Below, one piece after another: positions 55,739 through 64,000 of a stretch of 64,000 nt of DNA. Position 1 is the stretch's first letter. The number at the start of each line of letters is the position of its first letter. Both the position numbers and the translations under genes were made by a program. Source of the DNA: a virus; the IMG/VR virus record IMGVR_UViG_3300023176_005537, positions 32,001 through 96,000 of that record; one strand, given 5' to 3'. The notes beneath the pieces were generated by a model. It made no database searches. It had not been told where the DNA came from and saw nothing but the letters and a program-made list of their open reading frames with translations.

Positions 55739-57553
55739 ATGGCTTTTAAAAATAAAAGACCACCAATTGACTACACAGCAAGAGATTTTCAATCAATTAG
55801 AGAAGCTTTAGTTGACCACGCAAGAAGATATTATCCAGATACTTTTCAGGATTTCGACACTTCTGGTTTCGGCTCTTTGATGATTGATACAGTTTCTTAT
55901 ATTGGTGACACTCTTTCTTTCTTTTTGGATTACCAAGCGAATGAAACGTTCTTGGAAACAGCTTTGGAAGAAGAAAGCATTCTTAAAATTGGAAAGCAAA
56001 TGGGTTATCGCTATTCTGCTTCTGGGGTCTCCACTGGGTTGGTTGAAATTTATGTTGAAATTCCAGCAAATACAGATGGAACTCCAAATACAAACTATCT
56101 TCCGATTGTCAAGAAAGGCTCCACCTTTGCGTCTGTCGATGGCGGTGTTTTTACTCTAACTGATGATGTTAACTTCAATGATACAAACGCAGATATTCTT
56201 CTTTCCAAGGTTGATGAGACAACTGGTGTTCCAACTTTTTATGTTCTAAGAAAAGCCGGCGAAGTCGTCTCGGGGACGGAACAGTCTGAGGCGGCTCTGA
56301 TTGAAGGCTTTGAGGCGTTCAATAAAATTGAAGTTGGGGAAAATGTTGAAGGTGAAATAATTGAAATCATCTCAGTTTTTGACACCGAGGGGAATGAGTA
56401 TTTTGAGGTTGATTCTCTTTCACAAGATATTATTTACAAAGCATTTTCAAATAAAGATACATCTACAAACAGCATGGTTCCAAACATTTTAAAGCCATTG
56501 GTTGTACCCAGAAGATTTACGGTTGAAAGAACATCCACTGGTCAGGTATTTTTACAATTTGGAGGCGGAAGTGAATCGGATACGTTGAATGATCAGATTT
56601 CTGATCCTTCTTCTGTTGCTCTTCAACAAAGAGGAAAGAATTACATTTCTTCAACTTATTTTGATCCAAATGTTTTGTCTTATCATGATAAGTTGGGAAT
56701 TGGACCATCAAACACCACACTGGATATTACTTACCTTGTGAACAACGAAGTTCTTTCAAACGCCTCTGTTGGAGCAGTAAATCAAGTTTTGTCTACCACT
56801 TTGGAGTTTAATGACGAAGAAACGTTGGACGAAACAAAAGTTTCAGATGTTCGCGGCGGGGTCGAGGTGGACAACGAAAAAGCAATCTCAGGTGACGTTT
56901 CAGCGCCTACAGCAGATGAATTAAGGCAGCGAGTTATTGGCTCCTTTTCAACTCAGAACAGAGCGGTAACAAGAGAAGATTATATCTATCTTTCTTATTT
57001 AATGCCGGCTTCTTTGGGTGCTGTGAAAAGAGCAAATGCAGTGAGAGACTCAGACTCTCAAAAAAGAAATTTAAACTTATACATCTTATCAGAAGATACA
57101 GAAGGCAATTTTTCAACAGCCTCTTCTGTTTTGAAAAACAATCTTCGCACTTGGTTGTCCAGATACAAAATGATCAATGACACTGTTGATGTTTTTGATG
57201 CGAAGATTATAAACTTGGGTATTAATTTTTCTGTATTGGCAGAGGAAGACACAAACAAATTTGATGTTTTACAGCTTTGCATCGACAAATTAACAGAAGA
57301 TTTAACCGAAAGAAAGTTCGATATTGGAGAAAATTTCAATATTATTGAAGTATACAAGAGCTTAAAAGAGTTGGAAGAAGTGGTAGACGTTTTAGATGTT
57401 GAAATTGTCTCAAAGTTTGGCTCTCCTTACACTGACTTATTCTTAAGCATTGATGAGGCTCTCACTTCTGACGGTAGGGTGGTGGTTTGTCCTGATAATG
57501 CTGTTTTTGAAATTAAATTCCCTGAATCTGATATTAAAGGAACTGTGAAGTAA
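55739..57553 (+). CDS. baseplate wedge subunit (T4 gp6/baseplate J-like)
   Basis: YTARDFQSI, FLETA, LQFG, QNRAVTREDY. Confidence 0.88.
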   Translation: MAFKNKRPPIDYTARDFQSIREALVDHARRYYPDTFQDFDTSGFGSLMIDTVSYIGDTLSFFLDYQANETFLETALEEESILKIGKQMGYRYSASGVSTGLVEIYVEIPANTDGTPNTNYLPIVKKGSTFASVDGGVFTLTDDVNFNDTNADILLSKVDETTGVPTFYVLRKAGEVVSGTEQSEAALIEGFEAFNKIEVGENVEGEIIEIISVFDTEGNEYFEVDSLSQDIIYKAFSNKDTSTNSMVPNILKPLVVPRRFTVERTSTGQVFLQFGGGSESDTLNDQISDPSSVALQQRGKNYISSTYFDPNVLSYHDKLGIGPSNTTLDITYLVNNEVLSNASVGAVNQVLSTTLEFNDEETLDETKVSDVRGGVEVDNEKAISGDVSAPTADELRQRVIGSFSTQNRAVTREDYIYLSYLMPASLGAVKRANAVRDSDSQKRNLNLYILSEDTEGNFSTASSVLKNNLRTWLSRYKMINDTVDVFDAKIINLGINFSVLAEEDTNKFDVLQLCIDKLTEDLTERKFDIGENFNIIEVYKSLKELEEVVDVLDVEIVSKFGSPYTDLFLSIDEALTSDGRVVVCPDNAVFEIKFPESDIKGTVK

Positions 57554-59118
57554 TGGCCATTAAAAGATATTTAGCAGATGCCGACAATACAATTACAAAT
57601 GCTTTTGATTCAAGCTTGATTTTAGCTAATAGGGGCACTGTCTCTAACATGGGTAGAGCCGACATTCTTGAAGTTTTTTCAATTTATGATCAAATTTCAG
57701 GCTCAGATTTTGGAGAAAGTCAAGAATTATCAAGAGTTTTGGTTAACTTCCCTATCACAACTGTTTCGGCAGACAGAACAGCAGGAAAAATTCCAGCAGC
57801 CGGCTCTGTTTCTTTTTATCTTCGTATGTTTAACGCAGAGCACTCTGAAACTCTTCCAAGAGACTATAAAATGACCATTCAAGCGGTTTCTAGATCTTGG
57901 GAAGAGGGTGAAGGTTTGGATATGGATAACTATACAGACCAAACTTACAACAAATTGGAAGGTTCAAACTGGATTTCTGCTTCTCTGGGAACTGCTTGGA
58001 CTTCTGTTGGTGGCGATTATCACGCTTCGCCTTCTTACACTGCTTCTTTTGGCAGAAAAGGAACAGAAAACATTGAAGTTGACATTACAAGTTTAGTAGA
58101 ACAGTGGCTAGATGGGACAAAAACAAACTATGGAGTTGGGGTAAGATTAAGTTCTTCTTATGAAGCTTACTATTCCTCCTCAACTGGGCAGAACTCAAGT
58201 TCTTTTATACATAATACGGATGGCGCTCAAAGATCTTACTACACAAAAAAGTTTTTTGCAAGAGAGTCCGAATTCTTTTATAGAAGGCCAATCCTTGAAG
58301 CAAGGTGGGACTCCAGAATTGAAGATGATCGCAATTATTTCTTTTATTCGTCTTCGCTAGCACCTGCTGCTGACAACCTTAATACGATCTACCTCTACAA
58401 CTACGTTAGAGGGCGCTTGGCAAATATTCCATCTGTTGGCCAAGGAGCCATTCTTGTCAGTCTTTATTCAGGCTCTTCCAATGACACTGCCCCGTCTGGT
58501 TCAAAATTATTGCTTCCAGCGGGCGGAGGAGTGGTTTCTACGAATGATCTCAATGTAACTGGGGGCTGGGTATCAACTGGGATTTATAGTGCCTCATTCG
58601 CCGTTACAGCAGCCTCTACGCCTGTCGCCACTTTGTATGATGTTTGGCACTCTGGCGGGGTGGAGTTCAAAACAGGGTCAATTTCACCTCAAACCTTTGA
58701 TGCGCTTGGCTACAACGACAATAGAAAATACGTTATCAATGTTACCAATCTTAAAAAGTCATATGATACATCAGAAACTGGAAAATTTAGACTTTTTGTT
58801 CGTGAAAAAAACTGGAACCCAAATATTTATACTAGAGCGGTTGCCGCCCAATCAACTTTACCGATTGTTAGTGCCTCTTACAAAGTGATAAGAGTAGCAG
58901 ACAACTATGAGGTTATTGGTCACGGCACCGGCTCCACTACAAATCACACTCTTATGTCCTATGATTCAGAAGGCAACTACTTTGACTTGGACATGTCAAT
59001 GTTAGAACCCGGATATATGTACGGTTTAAAATTTGCCTTTTACAATGATGCTGTTGGTGATTACCAAGAGCAAAAAGGCATCTTCAAATTTAGAGTAGAA
59101 GAAGACAATAATGAGTAA
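57553..59118 (+). CDS. putative virion structural protein (DNRLRE-like N-terminus)
   Basis: ADADNTI..SRVL..F, VDITSLV.QW...NYG, RP.LEARWD; Ser/Thr-rich. Confidence 0.6.
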   Translation: MAIKRYLADADNTITNAFDSSLILANRGTVSNMGRADILEVFSIYDQISGSDFGESQELSRVLVNFPITTVSADRTAGKIPAAGSVSFYLRMFNAEHSETLPRDYKMTIQAVSRSWEEGEGLDMDNYTDQTYNKLEGSNWISASLGTAWTSVGGDYHASPSYTASFGRKGTENIEVDITSLVEQWLDGTKTNYGVGVRLSSSYEAYYSSSTGQNSSSFIHNTDGAQRSYYTKKFFARESEFFYRRPILEARWDSRIEDDRNYFFYSSSLAPAADNLNTIYLYNYVRGRLANIPSVGQGAILVSLYSGSSNDTAPSGSKLLLPAGGGVVSTNDLNVTGGWVSTGIYSASFAVTAASTPVATLYDVWHSGGVEFKTGSISPQTFDALGYNDNRKYVINVTNLKKSYDTSETGKFRLFVREKNWNPNIYTRAVAAQSTLPIVSASYKVIRVADNYEVIGHGTGSTTNHTLMSYDSEGNYFDLDMSMLEPGYMYGLKFAFYNDAVGDYQEQKGIFKFRVEEDNNE

Positions 59119-62100
59119 AAAAGACCTTTTCAAAAAACAAAATCCAAATAAGTTCATTTCGTCTGCCAATTATGACAAATTGAAAGAAGAAGTGGAATCC
59201 AAAGACTTCATCAAAGAAAAGATTAAAACTCAAAAATCTTTCACACCAAGAACGGACTTTTCAAAGCCAGAAAACTTTGCTAGGTATGGGTTGGCAGAAG
59301 AATATTATCGAACTTCTGTTGAATATATCTACAATTCTTATCCTTATGATGGTTCTCTGTACGAAAGAGAAGATTGGTACAACAGGGGAACTTATTTAGA
59401 TCAATACATTTTTGAAAATCTCTATCCTAGAACAAACGGATACGTTGTCTTGGGTGATGGCTGGGGTACGCAAGACGCTACTGTAGGTGATTATTCTTTA
59501 TCAACACAGTCAGAATACATTGGATTTACCGGCGGGCCGCATTTGGGCTTTGACCCTGACGGTGATCGAGCAAAATCCAAAGCAAACTTGTTTAAAGCGT
59601 CAAAAAACAGAGAAAACAACCTTAAATTAGACCTTGAAGATGGCGTAACTGTTGAATTTTGGTTGAAAAAAGGTGCTTTTAACAACGCTTTGACCAAAAA
59701 AGAAGTGCTTTTTGATCTTTGGAACAACAATTTGTCGTCCTCTGCGGACTATGGAAGGCTCACAATCGAGCTTTCAGCCTCCGCAGTACCGTCTGATCCC
59801 GTCTTTTTGGTCACTTGCCAGTCCGGAACAGTCGGATATTTCCAAGAAGAGATTGGAAATTTAACAACAGCGGCCATTGCAGACGACAATTGGCACCATT
59901 ACGCTGTTTCTTTTGCTTCTGCATCCAGCGGTGTCAGTACAAAGTTTTATAGAGATGGCCAGTACGTCGAAGAGAAGGTTTTAGGAACAGCATTTAGCGA
60001 TGCAACAGCCGCAAAGATGTCTGCTAACATTGGTGCTCTTGTCAATGCGCCTTCTGGTAATGTTTATCACGGCGAAGAGATGCTTGGCTACGGTAAAGTT
60101 CTTTCTTCTTCGTTTGACGAGTTCCGATATTGGAAAACAGAAAGAAATGCAAAGCAAATTTTCCAAAACTACAACAATCAAGTTGGTGGCGGGACAAACA
60201 CTGATGACGCAAACACGCTCCTAGGGGTCTATTTTAAGTTTAACGAGGGTGTGACAGGTACAGACACGGATAAGACCGTTTTGGACTATTCTGGGCGTGT
60301 TTCCAACGGTTCTTGGACAGGATATGAAGCAGGCGATCGCAACGTTGGCTCTGCAATCGTTTCAGCAAGCGCATCTTCGTACGAATACAAAGATCCAATC
60401 ATCTATTCTTTCCACCCTGATGTTTCGACTTTGAAGTCAAACTTGGAAAATAGCGGCTCGGTTCACGACAACCTAAACACATCAGCCCTTTTCTTCTCGC
60501 TTCCTTCTTGGATTATTGAAGAAGATGAGTCTTATGGTGGAGAGAACCTTCGTCATTTAACTCAAATAATGGGAAGCTATCTGGATACACTTTATCTTCA
60601 AATTGAAGAGTTGAAAGACATTAAGTCTGTTGAATATACTTCCGGCTCTGTCAAGCCTCTTCCGTTTGGGGACAGGCTTCTTTCTGACAAAGGTATGTTG
60701 GTTCCGGAACTGTTCGTTGATATGGATATTGTCGAACAGCTTTACAACAGAAACGAAAAAACAGATTATCAAACTGATCTAACAAAGATCAAAAACAAGA
60801 TCTACGAAAACCTTTACAATAACTTAACTCACATCTACAAGTCCAAAGGGACTTATGACTCTTTTAGAAATACCCTGAATAGTCTTGGCATCTCACAAAA
60901 GATTGTGGATATTAATCTCTACTCGAACAACGCACAGTACGAGATTTTAGACAATACAAAGTTGATTATGGACAACAAAAAGAAAATCAACTTTAAAGAT
61001 CCAGACAACAACTCGGCAACCATTCATCAGTTTAGTTCATCGGCAGAGCCAAGCAAATCATTTATTTCAGGCTCTGGGGTTGGTAAATATTACTACACCC
61101 CGATTACAATTGATTCTTGTTTGACGCTACCTTCTGATAAGATTGGAGCAAACTTTTATTATCAAGCGATAACAAATTCTTACTTGACTTGTTCTTTGTT
61201 TGGCTTTCACGATGTTGACGAAACACAGGCCGAGACAGATTTAACTTGGTTGGCAAGTGATCAAAATCAAGTTCAAGCACACGCTATTAGACCAACTTTG
61301 AAGACACCAGATGGTTATTTCTTGTTGACTGGTTCAGTTGGTGGTGCAAATATTGAATTAACCAGCAGCACTGTGAAAGATCTTTTCACAAATACAAACT
61401 GGAACGTGTCAGTTCGCTTTAAACATATCAATTACCCTCTGACACAAAGGGTGTCGGGCGCTTTTGATGTTGACGCAGATGCTTATCTCTTGGAGTTTTC
61501 CGGCTATAATGCTTCAACAAACTACATTGAAAATGAATTTAAAGTAACAGCATCAGTAAGCGAAGTACAAGGCCTTCTTTTTTCCGAAGCATCAAAAAGA
61601 CTTTATGTTGGAGCACACAGAGAGAACTTTACTGGCTCTGTTTATCAAAACGGATACTCTTTTGCGAAGATTTCAAATATCAATTTCTGGTATAACTACC
61701 TTTCTGATAATGACTTGAAATCTCATTTAAGAGATCTTCACAATTACGGGATAACGAACAGCGAAAGAGACGCTTATCTCTTGGATTCAAACTATCCAAC
61801 GAAAGTTAAGAACATTGATACTTTGATGTTGCGTTGGGATTTTGAGACCGTAACAGGTTCAGACTCCTCCGGAAACTTTACTGTAAATGATCTTGGAAAC
61901 TTCCAAGGAGATACAGAAAATCAGTATTACCACAGTGGAAAAGGCTTTGGTTTCGAAGCATCTTCTACAGATGTTGTTAAGAAAGAAAAGGTTGCAACCT
62001 ACAAGTTAGCACCTTATGATACAGTATCTTCCAATGAGATGATTTCCATCTTGTCGCAAGACGATGATGTGTTTTCTTTGGATAAAAGACCCATCAACTA

Positions 62101-64000
62101 TTACTTTGCAGCAGAAAAAAGCTTTTACAAAGCAGTTGATGATCGTATTTTGGAATACTTCTCGACCTTGAAAGACTTCAACAACTTGGTTGGTGAAACT
62201 GCAAACAGATATAGGCCAGAATATAAACAATTGAAGAAGTATAGGCAATATTTCTTCAACAAAGTCCAGAACGAATTGGACTTTGAAAGATTTTTAGATT
62301 ACTACAAGTGGGTTGATACCAGTATTGCAATGGTGATCGAGCAATTGATCCCTGCGACTGCCGAGTTTTCAAGCACAGTTTGGAATGTTATTGAAAGTCA
62401 CGTTTTGGAAAGAAACAAGTTCCAACATAAACTGCCTGTAATCAAGCCACAGACTGTTTATGAGACGACAATACAAGCTGCGCCAAACTCTTATCCTTTT
62501 TCAACAAAAGGCAACAAGGCGTTGAACTTGCAAAATGCTAATCCGCTGACTGCTAGTTCATTTTTGTCTGCATCTGTGGGGGCTCAATCAACGTTTTTCC
62601 TTTCGGGAACGGTGAAGAACATTGCGAGCATAAACACCAACAATGTAAACAGAAAACTTTATATCTCTGGCTCGGATCAATTGAATACAATTGGCGTTCC
62701 TAGAACCCTCCTGAAAGACCAAAAAGGAAGTGTCGCTTCTGATGGTTTCCATTCGGTAATGATCACAGAGATCAAAGGAAACGACGATTACTTCCTAGAT
62801 CCTTTTGCTTCCGTTGTTACAACAACGGACTCCATTCAAATCTCCGGAGTTGTTGATTATACTTTGCCAACAAGACTATCGCAGCCCCAGTTTATAAGAA
62901 CTAGATTTGCTGCTCCCGGCGGTTATGAAGTAACTTCCTTGGGTTATTTGGATTTTGAGACAAGTCAATACTCTGTCTATAACAATATGAACTATAGAAA
63001 CGCTATTGTTCGCAAAGCTTTGGATGAGATTTACAGTGCGCCAGATGATGATCCAACAATCTTGGCAAATCCCGAAGATGGTTCTTACTTTTTGGGTGTC
63101 TATCGCAACCCAAGAAAAGAATACGTCACATCAGCAGCCGGATTTGTAACGCAATCTTTCTTTGATAATGGATTTGTTCAATACCCCATCCCAGCGTCTG
63201 ATTTGCAGTATGATTGGATTGAAAAAAGCTACTCTTCTTCAAACTTGGAGTTTCTTTTGAACCAGACTGGTTCGGAAGAGATTACATTCAAGCCGGAAAC
63301 TTTCTTTTCTTGGGTTGCAAGTCCCGGTTCGGCAACAAACATTTATGGAGCAGAGGTTAATTCTAACACAAACACATCAACAGTGGTACTAGAAACGCCT
63401 TCTGCCAGTAACAACTATTTTAGTTCTATTGGAAAGTTTGGTTACAACACTTGGCTTCAGACTAGAAATGGTGATAGTTTAGTTGTACGGACACACAAAA
63501 AGAATAATACATTATCTGTTGATGATAGACTTCCGATTTTGCAGTTGGAAAACTCCAATGGTCAGAGAGTTGTTGAAAAAGGTTTGGTTGCCAATTCGTT
63601 CACAAATTATACCGAGCCCCTAGTGATCAAAAAGTACAAACCAATTCGTCACGTCTTTGTTTTGAACACAGAGGCAGAAGAATTTATTGAAGTTCAAAGT
63701 TCGTATGCCGGAAAGTTGGCTTCATTCTCTAACCGAGAATTGAATGCGAAGTTCAATTTAGACAATGTGAAAGTTGATACTGGATATGAAAAAGTAAAAC
63801 AACTTTATCTTAACAATGCAAAGATTGATGGAAACCCAATCAAAGGATGGACTTCTGTCGAATATTCAGAAAGAGTTTGGCCAAAAGAAAAGTTTGAAGG
63901 CGTGAGTTCTCACAGAGATAAGCCAAACTATGATTCAACCAGTGAGCAATTGCTAGACATTTTGGGAACTGCTAATACATTCTGGCAAAAAGAGGGTGAG
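59111..64000 (+). CDS. very large baseplate/tail protein with LamG (ConA-like) domains, truncated at the window end (>1630 aa)
   Basis: Missing from the ORF track, consistent with no stop in the window; frame checked open at both ends; VEFWLKK, WHHYAV, DEFRYWK, YFKFNEG, IYKSKGT. Confidence 0.8.
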   Translation, partial: MSKKDLFKKQNPNKFISSANYDKLKEEVESKDFIKEKIKTQKSFTPRTDFSKPENFARYGLAEEYYRTSVEYIYNSYPYDGSLYEREDWYNRGTYLDQYIFENLYPRTNGYVVLGDGWGTQDATVGDYSLSTQSEYIGFTGGPHLGFDPDGDRAKSKANLFKASKNRENNLKLDLEDGVTVEFWLKKGAFNNALTKKEVLFDLWNNNLSSSADYGRLTIELSASAVPSDPVFLVTCQSGTVGYFQEEIGNLTTAAIADDNWHHYAVSFASASSGVSTKFYRDGQYVEEKVLGTAFSDATAAKMSANIGALVNAPSGNVYHGEEMLGYGKVLSSSFDEFRYWKTERNAKQIFQNYNNQVGGGTNTDDANTLLGVYFKFNEGVTGTDTDKTVLDYSGRVSNGSWTGYEAGDRNVGSAIVSASASSYEYKDPIIYSFHPDVSTLKSNLENSGSVHDNLNTSALFFSLPSWIIEEDESYGGENLRHLTQIMGSYLDTLYLQIEELKDIKSVEYTSGSVKPLPFGDRLLSDKGMLVPELFVDMDIVEQLYNRNEKTDYQTDLTKIKNKIYENLYNNLTHIYKSKGTYDSFRNTLNSLGISQKIVDINLYSNNAQYEILDNTKLIMDNKKKINFKDPDNNSATIHQFSSSAEPSKSFISGSGVGKYYYTPITIDSCLTLPSDKIGANFYYQAITNSYLTCSLFGFHDVDETQAETDLTWLASDQNQVQAHAIRPTLKTPDGYFLLTGSVGGANIELTSSTVKDLFTNTNWNVSVRFKHINYPLTQRVSGAFDVDADAYLLEFSGYNASTNYIENEFKVTASVSEVQGLLFSEASKRLYVGAHRENFTGSVYQNGYSFAKISNINFWYNYLSDNDLKSHLRDLHNYGITNSERDAYLLDSNYPTKVKNIDTLMLRWDFETVTGSDSSGNFTVNDLGNFQGDTENQYYHSGKGFGFEASSTDVVKKEKVATYKLAPYDTVSSNEMISILSQDDDVFSLDKRPINYYFAAEKSFYKAVDDRILEYFSTLKDFNNLVGETANRYRPEYKQLKKYRQYFFNKVQNELDFERFLDYYKWVDTSIAMVIEQLIPATAEFSSTVWNVIESHVLERNKFQHKLPVIKPQTVYETTIQAAPNSYPFSTKGNKALNLQNANPLTASSFLSASVGAQSTFFLSGTVKNIASINTNNVNRKLYISGSDQLNTIGVPRTLLKDQKGSVASDGFHSVMITEIKGNDDYFLDPFASVVTTTDSIQISGVVDYTLPTRLSQPQFIRTRFAAPGGYEVTSLGYLDFETSQYSVYNNMNYRNAIVRKALDEIYSAPDDDPTILANPEDGSYFLGVYRNPRKEYVTSAAGFVTQSFFDNGFVQYPIPASDLQYDWIEKSYSSSNLEFLLNQTGSEEITFKPETFFSWVASPGSATNIYGAEVNSNTNTSTVVLETPSASNNYFSSIGKFGYNTWLQTRNGDSLVVRTHKKNNTLSVDDRLPILQLENSNGQRVVEKGLVANSFTNYTEPLVIKKYKPIRHVFVLNTEAEEFIEVQSSYAGKLASFSNRELNAKFNLDNVKVDTGYEKVKQLYLNNAKIDGNPIKGWTSVEYSERVWPKEKFEGVSSHRDKPNYDSTSEQLLDILGTANTFWQKEGE

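Noticed and set aside
59491-62248. Short ORFs listed in the track beyond 59.1 kb
   Set aside because: They lie within the single large ORF that starts at 59111 and runs off the window
13249-64000. Stop-codon reassignment
   Set aside because: Genes are densely packed and intact in the standard code; TAA, TAG and TGA all end genes at sensible boundaries

Overview
A fragment of a large, uncultured tailed-phage genome (myovirus-like, standard genetic code, Shine-Dalgarno and sigma70 signals), with four blocks. (1) About 1-13.1 kb is a visibly GC-richer early/host-takeover region. Short genes there each sit behind near-identical promoter modules; it includes a MoxR AAA+/vWA-metallopeptidase pair, ArdC and an SH3/KOW-like paralog family. 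It uses two promoter classes: canonical TTGAYY-17/18-TATAAT, and a palindrome-at-minus-30 class. It also carries IHF-consensus boxes, phased GATC pairs and a largely non-coding iteron/DnaA-box island at about 7.95-8.7 kb. (2) About 13.3-32 kb is an AT-rich block preceded by CTATTTAW motifs. Many unrelated proteins there share a portable 'MKITKxxLxxIIxEE' tag, a candidate capsid-targeting signal. The block also encodes pentapeptide repeats, a Pol-beta nucleotidyltransferase, an RNA-ligase-like/HIGH-NTase fusion, Nudix, PIN-PhoH, zincins and a Cas4/AddB-like nuclease. (3) About 32.4-45.5 kb is a glycosyltransferase and NDP-sugar island (split transketolase, RfbH/E1, RmlB, Fcl, Gmd). (4) About 45.5-64 kb holds a gp55-like sigma factor and contractile-tail baseplate genes whose products are rich in S/T-[G/A/S]-S triplets. 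No tRNA, rRNA, CRISPR array or transposase was recognised. All calls are by motif recognition; no database search was run.
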